A DNA stretch of 64,000 nucleotides from an uncultured delta proteobacterium (GTDB taxonomy: Bacteria > Desulfobacterota > Binatia > Bin18). Position 1 is the stretch's first letter, and every line of letters begins with the position of its first letter. The position numbers and the translations under genes were made by a program. The DNA is taken from positions 64,001-128,000 of the forward strand of contig CAVTCR010000019.1 in NCBI GenBank assembly GCA_963733195.1, read 5' to 3'. Below the pieces are notes generated by a model. That model made no database searches and was not told the origin of the DNA. It saw only the letters and a list, made by a program, of their open reading frames with translations. Below are positions 1 through 12,054 of the stretch, in pieces.

Positions 1-3000
1 TTCGCCGACGGTGAATGCTTCACTCAAAAGTGCCAAGCTTTCCTCCTTCCGCCCTACTCTTCCATGCATCTTCGCTAGTAAGGCGAGAAACTGTGTTAGT
101 CCTAGCTCAGCTCCCGTAACTTGAAATGCGGCCAAACCTTCACGCATCAACGCAATGCCAGCCTCACTTTGTCCTTCTTCAGCCACGGACCAGCCCTGAA
201 ATAATCTCCCCCACGCAGAACCACAACGCAAACCCCTGCTCACTCACGATTGAAAGCAGCTCTTCTGCAGCAGATCGAGCAGCTTGAGCATTCCCCTGGA
301 AAGCATAGAGCCAAGCATCTGTGGTCAACGCAAATGCCATATGTTGAGATGAGAAAGACTACGAGCGAGAGCAACCGCCGATTACTCCGCTCGATCGCTT
401 GCTCTGGAAAACCCAGCATCCACAATGTCCACGAAGCAAAAGCTCAGACATGTCATTCCAGGGTCCTGACCGGACACAACGGCAAGAGATCCATGTAATT
501 CAGGCTTGTAGAGGGTAGTACCGAGTTCCAAATGTTCTCGCGCCTTTTGCAATTCTCCGCGTAACATAAGCGTTTCCCCTACAGCCCAATGTGCCTCCAC
601 TAGTGAAACCTTGTCCTCAGCATTTTGTACGAAATGGAGTAGTTGCTTGGCAACCTCAAGTGCCGTGTCATACCTACCTTGTACTAGATGTGAGACCCAC
701 CAGCCCAACAATACGGGGAAGACTTGAGAAGTTTCATCCATGCTTCGGCAGAGTTCTAGAGCACGAGCATACGTAGCTTGCACTTCGGCCGCCCCATAGC
801 CCTTGATAGCAATAAGTGCCGGACCAAGGGTAGCGTGCAGCATCAATTCTCGCTGAGCACGTGCAGGCGTATCTGATAGGGTTTCGAGCAATTCGAGCCC
901 TGTAGTGAGGTGACTGATCGCTTCTACGTTGGCCGACCGCTGGACGGCCTGTTGCCCCGCAAGCTGCAAATATTCTATGGCCTTCTCTGAGTTGCCGCTA
1001 CGACTGTAATGATGGGCTAACTCGTTGTAATGGTCATCAAGGCGAGCGTGGTACACCTCTTCGATTGCTTGCGCGGTGCGTTCGTGGAGAATCTTGCGTC
1101 GCTCGATCAGCAATGAGTTGTAGGCGACTTCTTGCGTCAATGCGTGCTTGAAGATGTACTCGACCTCGGGGAAGGCAGGTTGCTCGTAGACAAACTCGCC
1201 TGCCTGTAATCGTGCCAAGAGGCGCAGCAGGTCAGCTTCTGCGTGCGTTGCAACCTTGCGCAACAAGCTCGCCGAAAATTCCCGTCCAATCACTGCTAGT
1301 GTCTGTAGCAACGCCTTCTCTTCTGCAGGTAGGCGATCTATACGCGCCGTAAGGACGCCTTGCACCGTAGTCGGAAGATGGAGGGCAACATACTGGTGGG
1401 CGGTGCTCACCCTACGCGGATCGGTCAATACTCCCTGCTCGCGCAAGGTCTGTACAATCTCCTCCATAAAGAAGGGGTTGCCTTCGGTCTTGTCGAGGAT
1501 AAATTTTTTCAGTGGTTCGAGGGTCTCATTTGACACCCTCACCCTATCCTTCTCCCGTCCCGGGAGAGGGAATTCTCCGGCCTGCCCTAATAACACGGTC
1601 AACATCTCTTCTGCTTGCTCTTTACCTAACGGATCAAGCCGCAGCTGCGAGAAATATGTTCGCCCACTCCAGGTCTGCTGATACTCCGGGCGGTAGTTCA
1701 CCAACAAGAGCACTCTCGCAGTTGCAACACTTTCACTCAGTAACTGCAGGAAGGCTTGGGTTTCATTATCCAACCAATGCAAGTCTTCAAAGAAAATCAG
1801 CAAAGGTTGATTCAGACTCTCGCGTAATAACAGGCGCTTGATCGCCTCTAAGATCCGTTTGCGCCTGAGCTGTAGATCCATCTGCTGTAACGGCGAGGTT
1901 AGCTCGGCGAGCCCTAGCAGAAAGAACAAATACGGCAGCGTATCTTCCAGACTCCGATCCAGGGTCAGAACCTTGCCAGTAATCTTTTCACGTCGTCGTC
2001 GTTCATCATCGTACGGACTTAACTGAAAATAGTTCTGCAATAGATCAATCAAGGGCAAATACGGATACGCCTTGCCATGGGAAACTGAAAAGGTCTCCAA
2101 AACCAGACACCCAGGCTGAGCACGCAACTTGAACTCATAGAATAAACGCGACTTGCCGACGCCAGGCTCGCCCATCACTCCTACGATCTGCCCATGTCCA
2201 GCTTTGGCAGAATCTAGTGCGCGTAGCAGGTGTTCCATTTCACTCTGTCGTCCAACAAATCGAGCTAACCCGCGCCTCACTGATAGTTGCAACTTGGTTC
2301 GCAGTGGACCTACCCCGGCTACTTCATAGATTTTTATCGGTTCGGCAAACCCCTTCACGTGCGCTTCGCCGAGCGACTTGAACTCAAAATAACCCTCGGT
2401 GAGTTTATAGGTCTGTTCACTCACCATGATCGAGCCTGGTGTGGCCAAGCTCTCCAGCCGTGAAGCCAGATGCGTCGAGTGGCCGACGGGCACGTAGTCC
2501 GTATGCAGATCATCTTTGCGAATCGAGCGCAGCACCACTTCGCCAGTGTTCACCCCAACACGCAACTGCAAGTTGATACCTTTCTCTCGCCGCAACAGTC
2601 CAGCACGTTTGCGCCCTTCTTCTTGCATAAGCAGCGCTGCATACAGTGCTCGTTGGGGATGATCTTCATGAGCAATGGGAGCGCCGAACAAGGCAAAGAT
2701 GCCATCGCCCAAGGATTGGGCTACATAGCCTTCGTAGCGATGCACCGCATCCATCATCAACTGCAGCGTCGGGTCGATAATCGCCCTCGCTTCTTCAGGA
2801 TCGAGGTCAGCAATGAGATCGGTCGAGTCTTTAATATCGGCAAACAGAGCGGTAATGCTTTTGCGCTCACCATCCGCGACACTCCGGGCTTCCATCGCTT
2901 CCCGTTCTGCCTGAATACGGTCGGCAAGATGGGGGGGCGTCCATTGACCAGGGGCTCCTTCCTTTTCGCCCTCCTTGTTCCCGTTTATCCCTTTATCCTT

Positions 3001-3204
3001 TTTTCCATTTATCCCTTTCCCTATCCAAACGAGCACTTTCCCCTCTTCATCGCTTGCCACACGCTTGGCGTCGATGAGGTCGGCTTTGAGGTCTTCGATG
3101 TACTCGTCATCGATCTCGAAACGACGCTTCAGCGCGCGATAGGCAACCCGCCCTTCGCGCTGGAGAAGTTCAGTCACTTGGGTCAAGATTTCATCAAATG
3201 TCAT
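1..3204 (-). CDS. Class III nucleotide cyclase + AAA/STAND-type ATPase + TPR protein; runs off the window start; apparent frameshift near 420-440
   Basis: ORF 382..3204 has cyclase motifs ITALFADIKDST, GDG, RVGVNTGEV, ASRLE; Walker A GEPGVGKS; FEDLHWLD; GNPFF; YIFKHALTQEVAY; TPR-like helices continue in other frames toward position 1. Confidence 0.85.
1395..1415 (-). repeat. GTAG-type REP inside the cyclase CDS
   Basis: Minus strand GTAGGGTGAGCACCGCCCACC hairpin, translated as RVSTAH; related palindrome at 14335-14359. Confidence 0.65.
1536..1571. repeat. CCCTCACCC...GGGAGAGGG REP-like palindrome inside the cyclase CDS
   Basis: ccctcaccctatccttctcccgtcccgggagaggga, translated as PLPGREKDRVRV. 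Confidence 0.65.
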
Positions 3205-3236
3205 TGTCGCCTCTCACTCCGCGCCAGCTCACGCTA

Positions 3237-5625
3237 CTATCGCACCACCCGCTGCCCGCGAAAATCAGCAATGTCACTCTGAGTGTAGCCATACTCGCAC
3301 AGGATTTCATCCGTATGTTGACCAAGCAAAGGTGCGGGACGACGAAGCGCGGTCAGTGGCTCGGAGAATTTCCACGGTGGACTCAGGGTCACCATCCGGC
3401 CACACACCGGATGTTCCATCGTTTGCACCGCTCCAATGGCCGCCGTTTGTTCGCTGTGCATAACGCTGTCGAGCGTCTGGAGTACGGTAATCGTACCGCC
3501 AAGTTCATCCTGAATCAGGTGGCGGAATTCTTCGACACTCCACTTCTTGAGATCCTCTCGCAGGGCGGCTTCGAGGTCGCGATTGATGACTAAGAGATTC
3601 CCTACCGCAAAGCGGGGATCGGCAGCGAGATCCATCCGATTGAGCGCAATGAAGAAGCGGTCCCACGCTTCACCATCGCCCCGCAAAGAAAACAACACGG
3701 CTCCATCACGAAGCTGGAACCCCGAGTCCGGTGGTTCAGTGTAGCCAAGCAATTGTCGGCCTGCCCATTCGTCAGGATCATTCTCCGCAGCAAGCTGCCA
3801 CTGGCTGACGGCGATCATCGTACCGAGCATTGAGACATCAACCTGTTGCCCTTCACCGGAATCGCACCCGCCAGAACAGTGCCGCAAGAATACCTTGAAA
3901 GGCGGCAAAAGCAGTCTCGGTCGTCGCCAGATCAAACCCAGTGCGAAGCGGTGGCTCACCGGCTGTGCCCAGGTTCCGATTGACACCGACAAAGGACTGA
4001 ATCGCCAACTCAGAACCAGGCTGATTGGCCAACGGTCCTTTGCGGCCAAAGGCGGAGATGGAGCAATAAACTACCCGGGGATTAAGAGCCGCAACGGTCT
4101 CATAACCAAAACCGAGTTTCTCCATCACGCCAGGACGATAGCCTTCCAGGATGACATCGGCATCGGCAATAAGGCGACGGAATATTGCTTTGCCGCTTGG
4201 TATCTTGAGATCGAGTGACAGACTCCGCTTGTTACGATTCAGGTGGACAAACAACGAACTTTCAGACTTCACAAACGGTCCGATCTTACGTAACCAATCC
4301 CCATCAAGTGGTTCGACTTTGATAACCTCCGCTCCGAGGTCTCCAAGTTGCATACTGCACATCGCACCTGCTGCACCTTGTGATACGTCGATCACTTTGA
4401 GGCCAGACAACGCCAGTGGTGCGCTGGTTGCTGAGGCGGCTGTTTTCTTGCCACCGTTCGTGACCGACAACTCGCGAGTCACTTGCTCAACAATCTCTTC
4501 GTGATGTTGGTCGAGCGCTGGCGATGGACGGGTAATCACTGCGGGTGTCTTACTGAACTGCCAGTGCGGTGCTGCCGAGTGCATCGGCCCCCACTGTGTG
4601 TCGAGGATTGTCATCATCGCGTTGGCCTGTACGTGCGGATGTTGCTGCAAAATGTTGCTGACCAAATCATCACTGAAATATTGTCCGCACGGCACCTCAT
4701 GCTTGCGGAACTGCCACAGCCAATAGCCGGTGGGTCTTGATCGAAAGAGAGGTGATAGTTCGGCAATTAGTGCATCACGGTGAGAGACTCGGTCAGCGTT
4801 AGTGGCAAAACGGGGATCGGTCTGTACATCAGGGCGACCGATGGCATCACAGAATTTGGGCCAAAACCCCTCGTGCGGGACACTGACATTAATGTACCCG
4901 TCAGCAGTGGCAAACGCTTGGTCCGGCACCAGGTTTGGCCGTGCGCTGCCCATTGGAGTTGGGGCCTGGCCAGTAGCGAAATATTCAGCGAAGCGTGTCG
5001 TGCCCGCGACCAACGAGGACTGAAATTGTGAGGTTTCGATCATCATGCCGCGACCAGTATGCTCGCGCGCATATAAAGCAATCAGCATCGCTTCGAGGTT
5101 GATCATCGCCCCGTTCCAGTCGAATTGCGCAATTCCGCGCACAAACTCGAACGGACCACCTTCTGCACCGGTCACTGAAGTCGCGCCGCTACTCGCCTGG
5201 CCGTACCATTCATTACTGGTCATGCCTTGCATTGGCCCTGCGTTACCGTAGGCTCCAGAGCTGAGGTAAATGACGCGTGGATTCAAGGCGGACATGGCGG
5301 TATACCCAAGCCCTAGCTTTTCCATGACTTCTTTGGAACGGAAGTTTTCCAATACGATGTCAGTCCACTGAATCAAGCGACGAGCCATCTCTTTATCGTG
5401 GGGCTGTTTCAGGTCGAGCATGATCCCGCGCTTGTTGAGGTTATTGCCCAGGAAGGTTGTGCCCATGCCTTTCTTAAAGGTGGCAACGTTACGGACCGGG
5501 TCTCCTTCCGGAGGTTCGATTTTAATGACATCCGCCCCAAGAAAACCTAGATACTGCGCCGACACCGGGCCAACTGCCGCGCGACCAAAATCTAATACGC
5601 GAATTCCTGTAAGTGGTCCTGGCAT
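3237..5625 (-). CDS. Double-domain family III CoA-transferase (CaiB/BaiF); apparent frameshift near 3855
   Basis: Two repeats of PL.G.(R/K)V.D, LGA.VIK.EP..GD and N.NKR...LDLK; C-terminus RRPAPLLGQHTDEIL in ORF 3237..4049. Confidence 0.88.
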
Positions 5626-5822
5626 GCAATTCCCCTCCTCATGAACTGTCTTCTTCTCTACAACGATGAAGGGGAGAGGGAAAGGGTTGTGCAGTCTGTT
5701 CGCTCTCCTGTAGAGAAGCAATTGACATGACATTGACAACGGCTATCGTGAATCTCGTCGAAACTATTTTATTGTGTAAACTACCAAAGCTGAGTCGGAA
5801 GGATATCCAGTTAGGTACCGCT

Positions 5823-7024
5823 ATGAATACTACTTACACCTTTACTCCAGACGACTTGGTCGCACGTGAGCGCTTTGCCAATCCCTACCCGGTCTACCAC
5901 GCTCTTCGTAGCACTCACCAGTCCATTACCTCAGTATTCCTGCGAGTCCCTCTTCAGGTCTCGACAAACCAATCTGGGCGTGGGGCTTGCTGAAGTATCA
6001 TGACGTATATGCCGCATTGCGCGATCACGAAACGTTCTCGTCCGAGAGTCCAGTGGCCGGACAATTCGGTCCACCTCTGGTGTTGATTCAAGACGATCCA
6101 CCACGACATACGCGCTTTCGCCGTATCGTCAATAAAGCCTTTACTCTGAAACGAGTCGAAGCGTTGGAACCATGGATTACCAAGATTGCCAACGAACTTC
6201 TTGATCACATCGGCAACCAAGAGACTGATATGGTCAACGGCTTTACTGTCCCGCTGCCGATGCGCGTAATCGCGCGGTTGATGGGTATTCCTGAGGAAGA
6301 CTACGCAACGTTCAAACGTTGGTCAGATGCTTTCCTTTCGACTGTAGGTGCGGATCGTAGCGATCGCATGCAAAACGTACAGGACATGGTCGCATACTTC
6401 GGGCAGATGGCGGCTGCGCGGAGAAGTCAAGGCGCAGATGATCTCATTACGGCGTTAGTTGAGGCAGAAATCGAAGGCGAATCACTACAAGACTGGGAGA
6501 TTCTCGGCTTCTGCATTCTTCTGCTTATTGCTGGCAATGAAACGACAACCAACTTGCTGGGGAACATGTTGAATTTGCTGGTTGATCGTCCCAACTTATG
6601 GCAACAGCTGCGAGACGATCGTAATTTGGTTGAGGCAGTCATTGAAGAAACCTTACGCTATGAAAGTCCGGTGCAACGATTATTCCGCATGGCGACCCGT
6701 GATCTTGAATTTTCTGGTATCAAAATTACCAAAGGTGATCGGGTCACGATCTTCTATGGGGCTGCGAATCGCGACCCTAAAGAGTTTCCCAACTCTGACG
6801 AGTTCCGTTTAGATCGTGATCTGCGCAATCATGTCGCGTTTGGTATGGGCATTCACTACTGCCTTGGTGCACCACTCGCCCGTGCTGAGGCACGCATTGC
6901 TCTCAATGCTTTCCTTGATCGCTTTCCGCGTATCACTCACGGTGTAGCTCCAGCGGTACGGCAAACGGATACTCCTATCGTCTTTGGTTTCTCGCACCTG
7001 CCTTTGGTACTAGCGAGCCGCTAG
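5823..7024 (+). CDS. Cytochrome P450; apparent frameshift near 5915-5990
   Basis: N-terminal NPYPVYHALR, DPPRHTRFR, I-helix LLIAGNETT, EETLRY, HVAFGMGIHYCLG. Confidence 0.92.
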
Positions 7025-7030
7025 GTTAAG

Positions 7031-8657
7031 ATGAGGTATGCTGTAGAAAAAGAGAGCATCAATCCGAGCAACAAGTCTAATATTCCTGTTTCTGCTTCTT
7101 TCCCTGTCGCAGTCGGCCATCGCACGTGACACTGCTGTTGTCACTTTTTCTCAGGGACACCTGTCCGTTCACGCGAAGAATGTGCCTCTCGCACCACTGC
7201 TCCAAGAGATTGCTCGTCAGGTAAAGTTCACTGTCGTTATCAGCCCAGCAGTCACAGCAACTCCCGTAACTGTAGAATTGTCAAACGTCGAAGTCGAACC
7301 TGCCGTAAAAGACATTCTCAGACAAGCAGGTATTGCCAATGCCGCATGGGCGTACCGCAGAAAACCACAGGCATCAGGGAAGCAAGACGAATGGGAATTA
7401 GCCCGCGTGACCATTATCGCTGAAGGTCACGGTTCTTCACTTGCTGCGTTGACACCATCGCCCACAAGCAAACCACAACAAGAAGTGCAGAAAAATACTC
7501 AACCGAGGAAGCCTCTGTTGCGCGAACAATTCCGTGACCCAAAGTCGCAGCAAATGATCGACATCGCCGCCCATGAAGTGATGGTGCGCTTTGACCCGAA
7601 GATGTCAGCAGATGAGATACAGGAAAAAATCGAACGCTTGCATGCTGAAGTTATCAGCGCCATTCCGCTATCCGGCTTTTACCATCTCGCAATCTCAGAA
7701 AGTGATACGGTCTCCAGTTTTCTTGACAAACATCGGAAGGACCCACGACTCCAGGTACTTGAGCCAAACCCCATCGTATCGGTCGAACCAGTCGGCACTT
7801 CACCAAATGACCCCTTCTTTCGTGCCCAATGGTCGCTTGAACGTATCGGCGCACCACAGGCATGGGAGCGACTACCGCGCGACGCAGGTGGAATCGTCGC
7901 CGTCGTCGATAGTGGCGTTGACGAACGTCATCCAGAGTTACAGAGGCACGTATTGCCAGGACGAAATGTCATTGAACAAAATGACGATACGCAGGACCAA
8001 CACGGACATGGTACAGCCATCGCCGGAATTATTGCAGCCACAACCAACAATGCCGTTGGCATGTCGGGAATTTGTCCAACCTGTCGGATCCTGCCGGTTA
8101 AAGTGCTGAACGAATCTGGTGAAGGCACGTACGCCCATGTCATTGCCGGTATTCTTTGGGCTGCAGATAAGAAGGCGCAGATCATCAATCTTAGTTTAGG
8201 CAGTTATGGATTTTCGCGTCTTCTTGCCGATGCCGTTGAATACGCCCATCACAGCGGTGCGGTTATTGTCGCTGCCGGTGGGAATGAAGCCATAAAAGCG
8301 CCGTTGTATCCGGGGGCACTGCCGAACGTGATCTCAGCTTCAGCCACAGACGCTGACGATAACTTGTGGGTTGGATCGAACTATGGCGATGCCATCGACA
8401 TTGCTGCTCCTGGCGTACGCATTCTCAGTCTCGATACGCATAACAATTATCTCTTTGCCACTGGCTCATCATTCTCTGCTGCACAAGTATCCGGTGTGGC
8501 AGCGCTCGTGCGGGCGAAGCATCCGTTGCTCAAGAATACGCACGTCGCACAGGTATTATTTCAAACTGCAGATGACCTGGGTGAAAAAGGCAAAGATCAA
8601 TTCTATGGGTTTGGTCGAATCAACGCCGCGCGAGCGCTACGGGCGGAGGTGCGCTAG
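7031..8657 (+). CDS. Secreted S8 subtilisin-family protease with an N-terminal secretin-N/STN-like domain; start approximate
   Basis: VAVVDSG, HGHGT, INLSLG, AAGGN, ATGSSFSAAQVSG; in-frame signal-like IFLFLLLSLSQSAIA upstream of 7182 joins ATG 7031 if one base is removed from an A-run. Confidence 0.85.
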
Positions 8658-8677
8658 TTTCTTTCCGGCGGGTTGCT

Positions 8678-8716
8678 CTATTTGACATGTACATCCATGT
8701 ATAGCGTAATACTCAT
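8678..8716 (-). pseudogene. N-terminal relic of a DUF5615/PIN-like toxin
   Basis: ATGA overlap with the DUF433 stop; reads MSITLYMDVHVK then TAG. Confidence 0.55.
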
Positions 8717-9024
8717 GGAAGCTTGCCCAGGCTTCGCATCCGTCTTCGGAACGGAGAATCCTGAGCTTGAGCTGCCAATTGATCTACTTCGCGCACTTGC
8801 CGCTCTATTTCTGCATCGATCTCGGCTTGATGGTCGTAGTAATAGGTAAAAGCCGCATAGATCTGCGCTAATGAGAGGTGAGGATGCTGGAAGTGAATTT
8901 CTTCGGGACTCGATCCATGCGCTAATTTATCGAGCACTACTTCAATGACTTTAGTGTTCGTGTCATCGATCCAGGCCACGCCTCTCTCGTCGAGATGAAT
9001 ATGGGCAGTTTCAGTTGCAAGCAT
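8713..9024 (-). CDS. DUF433-domain protein (antitoxin-like)
   Basis: TNTKVIEVV...GSSPEEIHFQHPHLSLAQIYAAFTYYYDHQAEID. Confidence 0.85.
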   Translation of the reverse strand: MLATETAHIHLDERGVAWIDDTNTKVIEVVLDKLAHGSSPEEIHFQHPHLSLAQIYAAFTYYYDHQAEIDAEIERQVREVDQLAAQAQDSPFRRRMRSLGKLP

Positions 9025-9328
9025 GTTCAGTTACCTCTTGGATCAGGATAGCGTACTTCCGGTCTGAAAGCTGTTCCAGTAGTGGCTTCGCCTCTTTCGG
9101 TTCTTCGTTCTTGAATTATGGCTCAATGATAAGGGCTCAATGACCCAATTCTATTCTTCCCACAACCCCTTCGTCTCTTGCCAGTCTTTCGTGTCAAAGC
9201 CTTCACTGCGTCAGCTGAAGCCTTCGTCCTCCTCGGCCAAGCATTTTCCTGTCTGCCCAACTTCTACCCTTCCGCAAACAGAGGTGCTATAGCCTACGCA
9301 GGAAAGAGAAAGGTTCGGAGTAGGAACC

Positions 9329-11576
9329 ATGCTCTATCACTTCCACGACTTTGAACTCGATGAACGCCTCTACCAACTGCGCCGGGGCGGTAAGCCGGTA
9401 GAGATCGAGCCCAGGGTTTTCGATGTCCTTTTCTATCTCCTGCACAATCGCGATCGTGTAATTTCTAAAGATGAACTTTTGGAGAAGCTCTGGCCCGGCC
9501 AGGTGGTAACCGAGACGGCTCTCACCCGCTGCATCGTCGCCGCCCGCAAGGCAGTGGGTGACGACGGCACCAAGCAGCAGGTGGTCGAGACCCAGCATGG
9601 TCGTGGGTATCGATTCGTGGCCACGGTTAGTGAGCGCGGCGTGGAGCGGAAGCTCGCGGCGGTGCTCAGCGCCGATGTCAAAGGCTATAGCCGCCTGATG
9701 GGCGAGGATGAGGTCGGCACCGTCCGTACCTTGACCGCCTACCGCCAGCTCATGACCACGATTATTCAGCAGCATCACGGCCGCGTGGTGGATTCTCCGG
9801 GCGATAACCTGCTGGCGGAGTTTGCCAGTGTGGTCGATGCCGTGCAGGCCGCCGTTGCCATCCAGCAGGAGCTGAAGATCAAGAACGCTGATCTGCCTGC
9901 TTCTCGCCGGATGGAGTTTCGCATTGGCATCAACCTCGGGGACGTGATCGTGGAGGGGGAGCGGATCTACGGCGATGGGGTCAACATCGCCGCGCGGGTA
10001 GAGAGCTTAGCCGAAGCGAGCGGCATTTGTATCTCCGGCCCGGTGTATGACCAAGTCAAGAGTAAGCTCGCACTCCAGTATGAGAGCTTAGGGGAGCAGC
10101 CAGTCAAGAACATTGCCGAGCCAGTGCGGGTGTACCGCATCAAGCTGGAACCCGAATCTACTTCTTCCGCCGTAGCGGTAGCCGAGTCTCCCCACCCAGT
10201 AGAAACTCAACCACCAGAGATTCCTCTTCCACTTCCCCAGCCACGGGTGTGGCCCAGAAGGACGCTAATCCTGAGTAGCGTGCTCCTGCTTGTAGGAATT
10301 ATCGTTGCAGTGCAGTACCTGTCCCTGCGCCCGCCGGCCCCCTCGGCCAACATTCCTCCTGAGCAATCTCAGCCTCTCCCCCTTCCTGACAAGCCTTCCA
10401 TCGTCGTGTTGCCCTTCGTCAACATGAGCGAGGACCCCAAGCAGGAGTATTTCAGTGACGGCATCACCGAGGACCTCACCACTGACCTCTCCCGCATCTC
10501 CAGCCTGTTTGTCATCGCCCGCAACTCGGCCTTCACCTACAAGGGCAAGGCAACGAAGGTGCAAGAGGTCAGTAAAGAGCTGGGCGTGCGGTATGTATTG
10601 GAAGGCAGTGTACGCAGGCGGACGACAGGTGCGGGTCACGGCGCAGTTGATCGACGCCACCACCGGCTATCATCTCTGGTCGGAGCGCTATGACCGCCCG
10701 CTTCAAAGACATCTTTGCCTTGCAAGATGAGATCGTGCGGAAGATCGTGACGCACGCTGAAGCTGAAGCTCGACGTTGCGAGGAGCAAGCGGTACATCGC
10801 GCAGCAAACGCACCGACAACCTGGAGGCCTATGATTCTTTCTTGCGTGGGATGGGAGTGCTATTAACGCGCCACACGAAAGAGGCGAATCTCCAGGCGCG
10901 GCAGATGTTTGAGAAAGCCGTCGAGCTGGACCCGGCATATGCGGAGGCGTACGTGGGCCTGAGTTGGACTTACTACGCTAGAGTGGATTTTTCTATGGAG
11001 TCCAGTCCCCCAGACGCTGGAGCAGGCTTTGGCGCTGGATGCAAAAGGCCCGAGCTCTGGATGATTCCTTGCGCTCAGGCTCACCTGCTCTTGGGCCGTC
11101 TGTCTGTTGAAAAAACAGCATGACCAAGCCATAGCTGAGGCAGAGCGGGCTGTCGCCGCTCGATCCTAATTACGCCGAGGGCTATGCCGGTTGGGGTTCA
11201 TTCTAGATTGGCGGGCGGCCAGAGGAAGCCATTGGGTTGGTCGAGAAGGCGCAGCGCCTTGACCCCCGTCTATCCGCCCTTTTACTACCCTTTGACCTTA
11301 GGCCAGTCCTATCGCTTGACGGGGCGGTACGCGGAGGCGATTGCACCCGATAAGAGAACTGCTTCATCTAATCCCAATCTGCCGGGTGCCCATGCTGATC
11401 CTGGCAGTTATCTACAGTGAGTTAGGTCGGATGGAGGAGGCCCGGGCTGAAGTGGCAGAAGTCTTGCGGCTCAGTCCCAATCTCTCTCTGGAGGTTGAGG
11501 CAGAGGATTCCCTTACAAAGATCCAGTGGAAGTTAGAGCGGTATCTGCCGCCTTGCGCAAGGCGGGGCTCAAATGA
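9329..11576 (+). CDS. OmpR/CadC-type winged helix + class III cyclase + TM + TolB-like domain + TPR protein; multiple frameshifts after ~10620
   Basis: FELDERLYQL...RGYRF; AVLSADVKGYS, FRIGINLGDV, GDGVNIAARVE; PDKPSIVVLPFVNMS, YVLEGSVR; TPR fragments ending LRKAGLK-TGA at 11576. Confidence 0.82.
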
Positions 11577-11670
11577 ATTAAGAATTAAGAATGAAGAATT
11601 AAGAATGAGAAAAAGAAGCTGAAGAGAGAAAATAGAAAGGGCGAAAAAGGCTTAAGGCTTGAGGCTGAAG
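11574..11670. repeat. 7-bp periodic tracts (AATTAAG/AATGAAG and AGGCTTR)
   Basis: Directly visible tandem heptamers right after the stop codon. Confidence 0.7.
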
Positions 11671-11757
11671 AGAGGGGAATGAAGAGTGCGCACTTGCCTT
11701 ATGCGTTTCGGCAGCCGAGAAAGGATAGGATAGATGCTATCTGAGGGAGACAGAACG

Positions 11758-12054
11758 ATGACACAATCCCAATTCATTATCGAAGAAGTAACCGATCCAC
11801 AAGAAATCTCCCGTGCCCAAGCTCAAGATGAGCGGCATCGTCGCAACTCCGACTGGCTACAGGCCCATTGGGCGGATGTCCTACCCCAGGCTCGTGGTAA
11901 ATTCCTCGCCGTTGCAGAACAAGAGGCATTTATTGCCGATACGGCGGCAGCGGCGTGGGCATGGGCTGCGGCTACACACCCAGAGGATGATGGAGCCATA
12001 GTCCGCTACATCCGTACCGACAAAGGACCACGCATCTATGGTAATCGTCGGTGA
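11758..12054 (+). CDS. Small hypothetical protein (DUF5678-like)
   Basis: RBS gggaga; WLQAHWADVL...GKFLAVAEQEAFIAD; overlaps the next gene by 17 nt. Confidence 0.6.
   Translation: MTQSQFIIEEVTDPQEISRAQAQDERHRRNSDWLQAHWADVLPQARGKFLAVAEQEAFIADTAAAAWAWAAATHPEDDGAIVRYIRTDKGPRIYGNRR

Noticed and set aside
2470-3282. Long antisense ORFs (for example 2470..3282, 24848..25426, 58029..58769)
   Set aside because: They are shadows of well-supported genes on the opposite strand and have no motifs
10620-11576. Dense frameshifts as evidence of a diversity-generating or hypermutated region
   Set aside because: No reverse transcriptase or template repeat seen; the pattern fits poor consensus in a multi-copy gene family
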